Sequence record: SRR31156797_5862
Strand: one strand, 5' to 3'
DNA: 49,108 nucleotides
In this document: positions 19,107 to 29,192 of the stretch, piece after piece
Layout of the letters: each line of letters opens with the position of its first letter
How positions within the stretch are numbered: the stretch's first letter is position 1
The notes under the pieces: generated by a model
Databases searched by the model: none
Told to the model about the DNA's origin: nothing
The model's input: only the letters and a program-made list of their open reading frames with translations
Translations under genes and position numbers: made by a program

Positions 19107-20522
19107 ATGAAAAACAAGATGATTAAAATTATATCAGTTTTGATATGCTTAATGATGTTTGCAACCAGCTGCAAAGCAGAAAGCAACATAACAAATACTG
19201 ATGTGCAGACTACTGCAGAGGAGCAAAACGCAAACGAAGAAAACCCGCCAAAATCTGAAGGTGAAGACGAAAGATCATCTAGACCAGAGGACGAAGACGG
19301 TCAGCCAAAACCAGAGGATGAAGGCGAGAAACCACCAAAGAATGACGATGAGGGCGAACAAACAAATGATGAGCAAAGTAAAAGCTATAATATTGAGCAG
19401 GCTATATCAGACAACGCTCAGTTAAAAACTATTGCATACAGCGGACTGGCATTTATTACAGGAAGTGCTGGAGCAGATTCATTCTTCCCACCAGGAAAAG
19501 TAGCAGACTTTTCAGGATTCCAATATATGCGTGACAATGATACAAATGGCTTAGGGCACAATACAACATTCTTAACAATTGCCGCAACAAATGTGCTGAA
19601 CATATTGGATGAAGATCAATTAGCTAAACTGGTTGAATTAGCTTCTAGTCAGGAGCAGCTATTTGAGGACTTTGCTATGGGACGATTCACCATGATGGTA
19701 TCTTTTCGAGACTATATGGAGGGTAATGTGCCAGAGGGTATGGAATTAGATAAAGAAATGGTTGCAGAGTATTCAGAATTGCAATACGAAATAGATGCTA
19801 CGCTTTCATATGAACGAGCACAAGTGATGGGAGAGATAATAGTATCCTTCACAGATGAGCAGAAGGCTTGTTTTGAAAAGCTGGATTTCTATGATTCATC
19901 TACATGGCCTGTTATAGAAAATGGTGAGGATGTTATCGACAAACATAGTATGACCCATACTCAGCATGTAGCTGTAATGACCTATGCTAGTGAGCTGTTT
20001 AGCTGGTATTTAGGCAATATTGATTCAGATGCATACTTCTGCCCTGAAAGACATGGAACATACTTTGGAGGGTTCTATATGAAGGACTATTTCGCTATGG
20101 GGAATCCTGATTACTTTATTTCAACTACCGTTACAGGTGACAGCGGTGAAGAATTTCTAAACCTGCTGAATGACGAGCAAAGAGCATATATTACAGAGCT
20201 TATTCCTGCACAAAGTGACAGCCTAAAAAGAATTGTAGAAATACGATATGCAGTTGCTGCAGAACTAAGGAAGGCAATTGCTGGCGAGGAAATTGATAAG
20301 GACTTAGTATATTCATTAATAAAGGAGTACGGCTATCTGGAAGGCGAAATGTCATATATGTATGCCAATGCATTTGCTAAAATCGAGGATACTCTTTCTC
20401 AGGAACAGCTAGATAGTATGTATGAACTTAGGAATCTGGACGTTTACCCTGAGGGAGCATTTATGTACTCTGAACCTATTGATATGCCTGTTGTAGAGGA
20501 TGAGGATAGACTGTTTAAATGA
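19107..20522 (+). CDS. Hypothetical lipoprotein, helical, with LTxEQ-like repeats
   Basis: GGAGG RBS and ATG 19107; lipobox FATSC; Pro/Glu/Asp linker; LDEDQ, FTDEQ, LNDEQ, LSQEQ repeats. Confidence 0.75.
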   Translation: MKNKMIKIISVLICLMMFATSCKAESNITNTDVQTTAEEQNANEENPPKSEGEDERSSRPEDEDGQPKPEDEGEKPPKNDDEGEQTNDEQSKSYNIEQAISDNAQLKTIAYSGLAFITGSAGADSFFPPGKVADFSGFQYMRDNDTNGLGHNTTFLTIAATNVLNILDEDQLAKLVELASSQEQLFEDFAMGRFTMMVSFRDYMEGNVPEGMELDKEMVAEYSELQYEIDATLSYERAQVMGEIIVSFTDEQKACFEKLDFYDSSTWPVIENGEDVIDKHSMTHTQHVAVMTYASELFSWYLGNIDSDAYFCPERHGTYFGGFYMKDYFAMGNPDYFISTTVTGDSGEEFLNLLNDEQRAYITELIPAQSDSLKRIVEIRYAVAAELRKAIAGEEIDKDLVYSLIKEYGYLEGEMSYMYANAFAKIEDTLSQEQLDSMYELRNLDVYPEGAFMYSEPIDMPVVEDEDRLFK

Positions 20523-20666
20523 TGTATTTTGACGTATCATAATTATAATAATATAAGCACACTATATATAGCATATTGTATAGTTATAAATAGTGTGTTT
20601 TTATGTAATTATTAATCATAGACAGACCAATCCCCTATCGTTTACCAGTATGATGTATTGGAACGA

Positions 20667-21761
20667 TTATTTCTTACTCTTCCCAAGCCGGATGTACAAC
20701 TTAGTTAACCCTATAGATATTGCAGTAATAATTACGAAGATTATCAGGACACCTGCTGCACCGTAGCAAGATGAACCCAGTACTAAAATACCCCAAAGCA
20801 TAAGCACCCAGTGGATGATATAAACATAGATTACATATTTGCTTAGGTACTTCAAAATACCTGTGTTGATATATTTTGATAAAATATTGTATAACTTAGT
20901 TACTATCCATTACCACAAAAGAACAAAGCCAATCATAGCAAATAGTGCGCCCAATCCCATCTGACCATATTCATGATAAAAATAGTCTAAATTAATAAGG
21001 AGCAGTATTCCACCTATTGCAGCTAGTATCACTCCAATGATTGCAGTTTTGTTAATTGTTTTGCTCTGGCTCTTAGAGGTTTGCAATGCTCGCCCTAACG
21101 CCATACCTGCAAGAGGGAATACTAGCCATGGAAATTGAGGGAAGTCCACCAAAGGAGCTTTGCCGATAAAGGGGTTGACTAAATATTGTAATGGCTTTTT
21201 AACTTCAGGGATTTTCCATAAAAAGAGGTGAGAGTAATGCTATTAATACAGCTAGTATAAGCCAAGTAATTGGTTTTTTCGAAATATGATATACTAGTGC
21301 CATAAATATATACGCAAACCCTGCAAAGGTTAAGATATCCACGTTGAACAATATGTATTCAAAATTGATTTCCGGAATACATTTAATAAATTCGATGCCC
21401 CATAATTCAGTAATAATGTAATGGGGGATTACACCTCTTACCAGATTTAGTACTAATGCTAAGAGCAGAATGTTAATTCCTCTATATACTGACTGCTTAG
21501 TTGAGCCTTTATTGGAGTATATAAAGAATATCCCCATCAGCACCATAAATGTAGGAGCAGCTGGAGGATCACCGAAGAATTCCACAATTCCTGCGAAGAT
21601 TGTGGATTGAGTGTCTGTGCTGCCATAAATGTGCATTGCGTGGATTAGTATCATAAATACTACTGCAAGATCTCGCAATATATCATAGGACTCTATTCGC
21701 GATTTATTTGTATCGCTGATACTTGGTTGTCCGACAAAAGAAATTTCTTTATTTCTTGCAT
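20667..21761 (-). pseudogene. Heparan-alpha-glucosaminide N-acetyltransferase-like (DUF1624 / acyltransferase-3-like) membrane protein, fragmented
   Basis: AGGAGG RBS and ATG at 21761; pieces RIESYDILRDLAVVFMILIH...APTFMVLMG...VDILTFAG, FPQFPWLVFPLAG and VYIIHW separated by frameshifts/stops. Confidence 0.8.
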
Positions 21762-21806
21762 TATAATCCTCCTAATCCTTGTTGCAGTAGTGTGTTTGAG
21801 AATATA

Positions 21807-22364
21807 CTATATTTTACGATTTTTTGACTGCTTTTTAATAAGCAATATTATTAACAAGATTACAATAATCAATATTATAATAATACCTGAAAGATATTTG
21901 GATATTGTAAAAATATTCTTTAATATAGCTACGATTTTTATATTTACAGGATATGAAATAGCAAGAAATTCGATTGCAATGTTTTCCAGAAAATCAAAGG
22001 AATAAATAAGTGCAACCAAATTTAAGTTTTGAATTTTACTATTCTCGCTAAAGCAACGCTGTGTCATAAAAGATATAGTTACTCCAAAGAGCATTATTGA
22101 CAGAACTGGTAAAATTAAATCCCATGTAAGGTGAAATATTATCTGCCATGTGCGTCCTTTTTCACTCCAGGATTCTACTATATTAAATATCTCTGATGGG
22201 CTATAAATATCTGCGTGATCAAGGGAAGGCAAATTCATATATTCTTTCGCAAATATATTTAGAATAGGCAAAGTGACAGCAAAGAACATTACCAAAATGA
22301 CTAGCAGGAGTATTATATTCGTGGTTTTCGCTCTTTTATGAAAAAATTCTGAAATCAACTTCAT
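21807..22364 (-). CDS. Hypothetical membrane protein
   Basis: About four TMs; D..EN motif (FDFLENI); probable start MKLISEFF after AAGGA. Confidence 0.7.
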   Translation of the reverse strand: MKLISEFFHKRAKTTNIILLLVILVMFFAVTLPILNIFAKEYMNLPSLDHADIYSPSEIFNIVESWSEKGRTWQIIFHLTWDLILPVLSIMLFGVTISFMTQRCFSENSKIQNLNLVALIYSFDFLENIAIEFLAISYPVNIKIVAILKNIFTISKYLSGIIIILIIVILLIILLIKKQSKNRKI

Positions 22365-22625
22365 AGCATGTCCTTTTATCAGTTTGCTACTATTTATACG
22401 CTTCGTAGAATATAATACCATAGATAGCAAATATAGTATAGTGTATGCTTATTAATGGGATTTGTGGATTCATTGAAATAAATCCATAATTAAGCTTTAA
22501 TCTCGTATAGCTTTATCCTTATATTATAAAATTATAAGTAATTAAATTCATATATATGTGCGTTTCTGACCAAATACGAAAAGTGATTATATTTTTTTAA
22601 TTACTTTATTGATATAATCAATTTG

Positions 22626-22638
22626 TGACCATAAGTCA
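22626..22638. promoter_or_regulatory. Candidate TetR operator
   Basis: TGAC-N5-GTCA palindrome between a TATAAT box and the tetR RBS. Confidence 0.45.
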
Positions 22639-22661
22639 GATTTTAATAAGGTGTTAATAAA

Positions 22662-23240
22662 ATGAAAACCCCAAAAAGTATTTCAACAAAAAAAGCTATT
22701 ATAGAATCGGCAGAGAATCTTTTCTCTCAAAAAGATGTAAAAGATGTAACAGTTACTCAGATTGCAAAGGAGGCAGGAATATCTAAAAGTACATTTTATC
22801 TTTATTTTGAATCAAAGGACGATATTGTTTGGCACTTTGCATCAGCTGAAGTTGAAACTGCGCTTGAGTTTCTAAAGGAGCTAGATGGTATCGGGTATGA
22901 TGAGAAAGATATTGATTATTTAATCGATGGAATGATTCGTGTAGTGGAGGGAAATCAGAAACTACTGAGGATGACTCACAGCCTCAAGTTCTATTCATTT
23001 GTCGATAAAGATAGATTATATAATAGGTACAGCGATTTATTTATGGAACCAATATATGAATGGTTTGAAAGGGGGAAGAGACAAAACGAAATATTTGTTG
23101 ATAATGAAAAATTCGCTGCTTACTTTTTTACACTTTCAGTTCATGAAATAATTGACCGCATTATAGCAGGTACTCTTCCTTTTAAAAAAGATGAGGTTAC
23201 CAGGCAGCTAAAATTACTGATTAATAAATTGCTTAAATAG
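22662..23240 (+). CDS. TetR/AcrR family transcriptional regulator
   Basis: TVTQIAKEAGISKSTFYLYFESKDD helix-turn-helix. Confidence 0.93.
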   Translation: MKTPKSISTKKAIIESAENLFSQKDVKDVTVTQIAKEAGISKSTFYLYFESKDDIVWHFASAEVETALEFLKELDGIGYDEKDIDYLIDGMIRVVEGNQKLLRMTHSLKFYSFVDKDRLYNRYSDLFMEPIYEWFERGKRQNEIFVDNEKFAAYFFTLSVHEIIDRIIAGTLPFKKDEVTRQLKLLINKLLK

Positions 23241-23249
23241 GAGAGTATT

Positions 23250-23774
23250 ATGAGTTTGCTGAATCTAAAATTTTGCGTTATTGCTACACTAATTATCTAC
23301 ATACCATTCCATCTATTCGAGGAAGCAATGGGCAATTTCCCTCTGTGGATGTATAAGCAGGGGTACACAAAAGACAAAAAAATATCTTATTCCTTTTGGC
23401 TTGCAGGCAATGTATTTTTCTTTTACCCTCTTTTGATTATAGGGTTCCTTATTTATAACTTTGGCGGTGAAAAGCTAGAATTTGTAGGTTTAGGTATACT
23501 TATATGGGGAGTTATTAACTCTATGGAACATATAGTTTTTACAATCAAAGATAAAAAGGTATCCCCTGGTTTATTTACATCCCTATTATTTGTTATAAGT
23601 GCAGTGCTAGGATTAATATACTTATCCAATAATGATAAAACTACTTTTATGCTTATATTAGGAGGTGTATTATCTGCGATAGTATTGTTTATACTTCCAT
23701 GTTTATTGCAGGCTTTTATAGGCAATCGTATGTGGGGTAGATTTGAGGAATGGGATAAAGACAGCCCTGAATAA
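23250..23774 (+). CDS. HXXEE domain membrane protein
   Basis: HLFEE, NSMEH, SPGLFTS; multiple TMs. Confidence 0.8.
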   Translation: MSLLNLKFCVIATLIIYIPFHLFEEAMGNFPLWMYKQGYTKDKKISYSFWLAGNVFFFYPLLIIGFLIYNFGGEKLEFVGLGILIWGVINSMEHIVFTIKDKKVSPGLFTSLLFVISAVLGLIYLSNNDKTTFMLILGGVLSAIVLFILPCLLQAFIGNRMWGRFEEWDKDSPE

Positions 23775-23889
23775 TTGAAAACAAATAAACACAAATAAAC
23801 ACCCGCCAATATTAAATATAATTCAGTTTAATGTCATAGCAAGTGTTTATTTTGGATTTAATTTGTGAAATCAGCTTTATGCAGTTTAT

Positions 23890-24633
23890 CTATTCCCACT
23901 TGAATGTCAGCAGCGACAGTACTCCGAATAGGGTGAATATCCCTAGCAGAATACCTATTTGCGAAATATAGTCTGCCATAGACCCACCCAGCCATAGACC
24001 CTGTAATAGTTCAACGCCATAAGTAAGAGGCATAAATTTTGAAATCTTTATTATGACATTTGGCATAAAGTTAAGCGGCAGAGTTGCGCCGGATAAAAAT
24101 AGCATTGGGAAATAGAGAACATAGGATATTGCTAATGCGGCTTTCGCATTCTTTGCAATACCTGCTACAAATAAACCTATTGAGAAGATGCTCAGGACAA
24201 CTAACAGCATTGCCAGCAGTACTATAAATACATTGCCATAGAATTTCAAATCAAATAATATTACTCCTACTATTACCAATAGTAAAGAACCGACTAAGGT
24301 AATGATGGCATTAACTATTAGCTGGGATATTAATATATCCATTGGCTTAATTGGTGTAGCCATAAATCTTTTTAGTATTTTCTTTTCTCTGTATTGTGAA
24401 AGAGCTATTGGCAGAGTCATTAAACCTGCAACTGCAACAATCATACCGATATATCCTGGTGTAGAGAAATCAACAGAACCATGACCATTGTAGTATGGAG
24501 ATGGATCGTTGCCATAGATTGTACCGAATAAGATCAACATCATAATTGGGAATACTAGTGAGAAGAACACAGTTACAAAGTTACGTAGATTTATTTTCCA
24601 TTCAACCATTGTTGTTTTTAATAATAATTCCAT
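23890..24633 (-). CDS. ABC-2 type exporter permease
   Basis: REKKILKRFMATP, PMLFLSG, PLTY; six TMs. Confidence 0.9.
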   Translation of the reverse strand: MELLLKTTMVEWKINLRNFVTVFFSLVFPIMMLILFGTIYGNDPSPYYNGHGSVDFSTPGYIGMIVAVAGLMTLPIALSQYREKKILKRFMATPIKPMDILISQLIVNAIITLVGSLLLVIVGVILFDLKFYGNVFIVLLAMLLVVLSIFSIGLFVAGIAKNAKAALAISYVLYFPMLFLSGATLPLNFMPNVIIKISKFMPLTYGVELLQGLWLGGSMADYISQIGILLGIFTLFGVLSLLTFKWE

Positions 24634-24634
24634 G

Positions 24635-25546
24635 TTATGCTTCCCACCTTTTTCCTGTAAGTTTTAGGTATGCATCCTCAAGATTTGGTCTTTTGATATC
24701 CAGTTGGCTATAGGGTATATTATGTTTTTGCAACTTTATTACCACATCGGATATAATGTTTTCGTTTGGAGACAATACTATGATTACGCCATCTTGATAT
24801 ACCACTTCGTCATCTTTGCTAATAATGCCATTAATTACATCCATGTTTTTGCTATCAGAAACAAAGCTAACCTGATGCTTTAGTTCTGCACTATCTATTA
24901 CGCCATCCACAGTATTTAGTGCTATTAATCTGCCAGAATCTATTATTCCAATCATATCGCATAGCTGTGCAGCTTCCTCCATATAGTGGGTTGTGATAAA
25001 TACAGTACGTCCTTCGTCCTTTAATGATTTTATATGCTGCCACATTTCTCTTCTAGCTTTTGGGTCAAGTCCAGTTGTCAGTTCATCCAAGAAAATTATT
25101 TCTGGATTGGATATCAGTGCTAGTATGATAGCGACTTTTTGCTTTTGTCCACCCGATAGTGAGCTTACGAATGATTTCTCTTTACCGTTTAGACTGAATT
25201 TCTCTAATAACTTAGTATAATCCAAAGGGTTATCGTACATTGATACGAATAAGTCACATAGCTCATGGACCTTGATTTTCTCCTGATATGATGTCTCCTG
25301 CAATTGTACACCTATATAGTCGTATAGCTTTTTACCGGCATTTAATGCGTCCATATCCAGTAATTGCACCTGACCTGAATCTGGTTTTTTTAAACCTATC
25401 ATGCACTCAATAGTCGTTGTTTTACCTGCTCCGTTTGGTCCTAGGAGACCAAATATTGTACCTTTTTCAACAGAAAATGATATATTATCTACAGCGGTAA
25501 ACTTGCCGTATTTCTTAGTCATTTTTCCGACCTTTATTACACTCAT
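24635..25546 (-). CDS. ABC exporter ATP-binding protein
   Basis: GPNGAGKTT, LSGGQKQK, FLDELTTGLDP, TTHYMEEA. Confidence 0.93.
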   Translation of the reverse strand: MSVIKVGKMTKKYGKFTAVDNISFSVEKGTIFGLLGPNGAGKTTTIECMIGLKKPDSGQVQLLDMDALNAGKKLYDYIGVQLQETSYQEKIKVHELCDLFVSMYDNPLDYTKLLEKFSLNGKEKSFVSSLSGGQKQKVAIILALISNPEIIFLDELTTGLDPKARREMWQHIKSLKDEGRTVFITTHYMEEAAQLCDMIGIIDSGRLIALNTVDGVIDSAELKHQVSFVSDSKNMDVINGIISKDDEVVYQDGVIIVLSPNENIISDVVIKLQKHNIPYSQLDIKRPNLEDAYLKLTGKRWEA

Positions 25547-25575
25547 TAATTACCTCATTTTAAAATTCAGTGGTA

Positions 25576-26001
25576 TTACTTGTTTATACGTTCCAGTTCT
25601 TTGTTTAACTCCTTTGCTTTTGTAGTCCAGTAGATTTTGAAACTAATCCAGATGATAAAATATATTATAAAATAGACAATAACAAATAACACTCTGCCTT
25701 TTACAGTAGGAGGAGCCCAACCCATATAGAATGAAAAAGGTAAATATGGTGCAAGTAAAATTGAGTGTATAATAGTTTGTTTCAGAGAACTCCACTCGTC
25801 TATTTCGAATACAATACTTATGCCTGAACACCACATACCTACAACCATTGAAGCAATGTAGTTAGTGATTATTGATTTTGGATCGATTGTAACAGTGTTT
25901 CCAAATAGGCCATTAATAAAAAGTACAGAATAACCTATTGCTAATCCTAATACTAAACCAAACAATATTCTTTTTCTTAGTTTTTTCAAATATATTTTCA
26001 T
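25576..26001 (-). CDS. DUF3021 family membrane protein (LytTR-associated)
   Basis: WSSLKQTIIH, GW, YFIIW, KELN; overlaps the lytTR stop. Confidence 0.8.
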   Translation of the reverse strand: MKIYLKKLRKRILFGLVLGLAIGYSVLFINGLFGNTVTIDPKSIITNYIASMVVGMWCSGISIVFEIDEWSSLKQTIIHSILLAPYLPFSFYMGWAPPTVKGRVLFVIVYFIIYFIIWISFKIYWTTKAKELNKELERINK

Positions 26002-26450
26002 TTCCTGCCTCCTAAACCTATAAACTCTTTTACCTTATTGATAAATCTGCGTGAGATAATCTCTTGATTTCCGTTTTCAAATTTTACAGCCAAGCTTCCG
26101 TTAAATAAGACTTCAATATTCATTATTTTCTTTATGTTGACTATAGCTGACTTTGAAATTCTGATAAAAGATGTACCCTCCAATGCGGATTCAACCTCAT
26201 AAAGCTTCTGCTTGATCTCATACCTGTTGTCAATGGTATCTGCAAATACTTTTTTGTTTTCAGTATAAAAGAGCAGTATTTCCTCAGGAGATAAGACAAA
26301 TATTTTTTCATCCTTTAGACCTGATATGGTACTTACCTTTTGTGTTTGCAGTTTTGTCATCAAGTCCGTAACTTCTGGATTCATTTTAGGAGCTTTGATG
26401 ACAACGACAATTTCCTTATACTCCTTATTAATGTCAATATCAAATTTCAT
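25998..26450 (-). CDS. Stand-alone LytTR DNA-binding regulator
   Basis: KLYEVE...FIRISKSAIVN...ISRR; no receiver domain. Confidence 0.9.
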   Translation of the reverse strand: MKFDIDINKEYKEIVVVIKAPKMNPEVTDLMTKLQTQKVSTISGLKDEKIFVLSPEEILLFYTENKKVFADTIDNRYEIKQKLYEVESALEGTSFIRISKSAIVNIKKIMNIEVLFNGSLAVKFENGNQEIISRRFINKVKEFIGLGGRK

Positions 26451-26517
26451 AATCTACTTCTTTCACATGTGATAGGTACAGTATAGCTAAAAAGCATGTT
26501 TATATCTACTATATTTA

Positions 26518-26550
26518 GCTAAGTGGTTGATTTAGTTTACCAAGTGGTTG
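26518..26550 (-). promoter_or_regulatory. LytTR binding direct repeat
   Basis: CAACCACTT repeated with 21-bp period (9-bp repeat, 12-bp spacer) upstream of lytTR. Confidence 0.75.
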
Positions 26551-26898
26551 TTTGTTTAGCGGCCTAGATGGATTTGAAGATTTTCTGTAATCAAAATTAC
26601 ATTATTAATCGATATGAACATCGTTATTCTCTAAATCATAGAATATAAAAAGAACATTTATATAAGTAAAGTTAGCTAATATATCGTAAATGTAAATCTT
26701 TGCTCTAAATTCAAGCATTATTTGCTGTAGTTTATTGATTTATCAATGAGCTTTCTGAAGTAAAAGCGAAGCTACAGTTATAGGATGAACTACGTAGTGC
26801 AGGTGTGGCTAGTCACTAATATAATGACTAGGCTTACATTAGCGAATATGTGTAATAATGTTGATTTTTAGCTAGGTACATTGAACAAAGGAGAAAAT

Positions 26899-27276
26899 AT
26901 GAATAAGATTAGAAATATAACTGTATTTTTGGCAATAGTCGGACTATTATTTTTCATTTCAAAAACATGGCTGAATATACCAATTACAACACAACATGAG
27001 GAGATACTTCAGCTTATTGCTGCTGTATTGGTTGCACTTGGTATATTGGTTGATACTGGCGATGAACCTCAGCCTCTGTCATGGCAAAGTATATTGGAGA
27101 AGCTGAAATCTCCTGTGGCAGTAGGAGCAATATTTATGCTGATTGCATATCTTTTTAGGCAGTATATACCTACAGAGGAAGCCGAAATGCTATTAAGCCT
27201 AATAGATACAGTTGTGATTTGCATTCTTGGATTCAGTGTATATAATAATCCGAATGCCAGAGACACACTAAGATAA
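26899..27276 (+). CDS. Four-TM holin-like protein (tandem duplicated unit)
   Basis: AAGGAG RBS; halves KIRNITVFLAI...LGILVDT and KLKSPVAVGAI...LGFSVYNNP resemble phiLC3-type holin units. Confidence 0.55.
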   Translation: MNKIRNITVFLAIVGLLFFISKTWLNIPITTQHEEILQLIAAVLVALGILVDTGDEPQPLSWQSILEKLKSPVAVGAIFMLIAYLFRQYIPTEEAEMLLSLIDTVVICILGFSVYNNPNARDTLR

Positions 27277-27302
27277 TAACTGAGATAATAGTATTATATG
27301 AC

Positions 27303-27344
27303 AATAAATCTAGTTATTTGAATCAGATTAACTAGATTTATTTT
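27303..27344. terminator. Bidirectional terminator
   Basis: AATAAATCTAGTTA...TAACTAGATTTATT inverted repeat between convergent genes. Confidence 0.7.
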
Positions 27345-27386
27345 GGTTTATAGTTTTATAATATTGCTAATTGTAAATAGTATTGA

Positions 27387-27674
27387 TTAATTTAATGGTT
27401 TTACTTCAATTGTGATTCTATTTTTCTTTGTTTTGGCTTTTTTTAGTGCTTCAGTATTTCTTTTATTGTCAATATATTTATGTATTGCTTGATTCAGTGC
27501 TTTTTCATCTGAATAACAGCTTAGAAATTCAGGCTCTTCGAATTCGCAAGCTATGATTATTATCTTGCTTTTGTTAATATTATGCTCAAAAATATTTTCT
27601 GATGTAAATATTACTTTAAATATTATTCCTATTCTTTTTTTTACAATAGTAAAAAAGGTAATTATTTTTCGCAA
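27387..27674 (-). CDS. Hypothetical basic protein
   Basis: 95-aa ORF, TTG start after GAGGAG. Confidence 0.5.
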   Translation of the reverse strand: MRKIITFFTIVKKRIGIIFKVIFTSENIFEHNINKSKIIIIACEFEEPEFLSCYSDEKALNQAIHKYIDNKRNTEALKKAKTKKNRITIEVKPLN

Positions 27675-27792
27675 ATTTCTTCTCTCCTCTCACTAATAAT
27701 GATATTGTTTACACTGCTATGAAAGATTACAAGTATAACAATATCTATGTAAATCCAAGGGAGCAGTACTCCATTGGATTGGGTGTGAGTTA

Positions 27793-28323
27793 TTATTCAT
27801 CTGCGAAGACAGGATTGCTGATTGCTTTATTTGCGTTTAGTGCTACTTTGATACTTTTTGATTCTCCTACTGGAATACTAAAAGTGTCAACAGTAACAAT
27901 GGATGTAACATCTTTAGCTGTAAATCCGTTATTTATTGCACTAAGGGTCACAACAGGCAATTGTGTATTTGCTGGAGGTGTTATAACGCTCATCAGACCC
28001 AGATGTGCTCTGAAAGTTATAGTTTGCTGTAATAAGTGATATTCTGCAGTACTCATAACCAATACAGCTAGAGCAGCTGTAAATTCCATAAAATATGCAG
28101 TTTCGTCATTTACTACTTTGGGTGCTGATGTCAACATAATGTCAGTGGTATTTACTACAATAATTTCCTGACCTTCTGGAGCTGGTGTAACTATAGTGAA
28201 ATCTTCCTGATTATACGTCTCGTTAACTACAACTGTAATATTACCTATTGTTGCGTAGCTATCTGGATTTCCACCTGTTAACGCATGTTCAACAGTTTCT
28301 GTGCTTGGGTTAATGTATTCCAT
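27793..28323 (-). CDS. Hypothetical Thr/Val-rich protein
   Basis: 176-aa ORF, beta-strand-like composition; no family recognised. Confidence 0.6.
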   Translation of the reverse strand: MEYINPSTETVEHALTGGNPDSYATIGNITVVVNETYNQEDFTIVTPAPEGQEIIVVNTTDIMLTSAPKVVNDETAYFMEFTAALAVLVMSTAEYHLLQQTITFRAHLGLMSVITPPANTQLPVVTLSAINNGFTAKDVTSIVTVDTFSIPVGESKSIKVALNANKAISNPVFADE

Positions 28324-28579
28324 GTGACTACTCTTTCTAAAAAATTACAAATTTTCATTTGTATTATTCATAAAATATGAGGGAATATTTCATGTAGTAT
28401 ATTGTATGATAATAATATACAGGCGGTTACTTTCTGGGAATAATACTGAAAGTTTTTAAACATAGATTGGAAATATATATCCCGTTAATCATTCTTAACG
28501 AATTGTCAATAATAACACTTTTTTTTCTATCGAATATATTATATTACTATCTAACACGCCAGAAAAAGGAGAATCGCTA

Positions 28580-29188
28580 ATGTATATTCGTATTGGAATG
28601 AAAGGAAATGACATAAAAGAAATCCAAAGGAGATTGACTCAGTGGGGTTTTTATCTGATTGATGATGGAATATTCGGCCCCAAAACGCAAGCAGCAGTAA
28701 AGGAATTCCAGAAAGCTATGGGACTTATAGTTGATGGTATTGTGGGACGAAACACATACAATGATTTGTACACTGATATAATAGAGGTTAAGCACTTTGT
28801 AAAGGAAGAATTTAAATGCAAGTGCAATAAGTATTGCTCAGGATACATTAATAAAAATGATGAGTACGGTGGAATCAGCTATGCACTTTTGATAATGCTA
28901 GAGAGAATCAGGAGTGAAGTCGGCGATAAATATGGTAAAGTTATACCCTGCAACATCAGTACAAATGGAGGATATCGGTGTTATATGCACAATAAAATTG
29001 TAGGCGGAGCGGGAGGTTCATTGCATATAGTTGGCAAAGCGGCAGATATATCCTTTAATGGTGTTCCAGTGTCTGTAGTTAACAATATTGCTCTTAAACT
29101 TAATCCCAATGGAGGTCTGGGGCTGAATGGTAGCAATATAACACATGTAGATGTACGAGGATATCGGTCAAGATGGTATTATAATTAA
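28580..29188 (+). CDS. Peptidoglycan-binding domain plus peptidase M15A (Zn D-Ala-D-Ala peptidase-like) protein
   Basis: DGIFGPKTQAAVKEFQ...DGIVG (PG_binding_1); EFKCKC, GYRC, SLH..GKAAD, HVDVRG. Confidence 0.88.
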   Translation: MYIRIGMKGNDIKEIQRRLTQWGFYLIDDGIFGPKTQAAVKEFQKAMGLIVDGIVGRNTYNDLYTDIIEVKHFVKEEFKCKCNKYCSGYINKNDEYGGISYALLIMLERIRSEVGDKYGKVIPCNISTNGGYRCYMHNKIVGGAGGSLHIVGKAADISFNGVPVSVVNNIALKLNPNGGLGLNGSNITHVDVRGYRSRWYYN

Positions 29189-29192
29189 TATA

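Noticed and set aside
28324-28580. Sporulation sigma-E/K-like CATAnnnT boxes around the peptidase and hypothetical gene
   Set aside because: Spacing to a -35 element is unconvincing in such AT-rich DNA
26451-29192. Prophage
   Set aside because: No integrase, terminase, capsid or tail genes, and gene orientation is mixed
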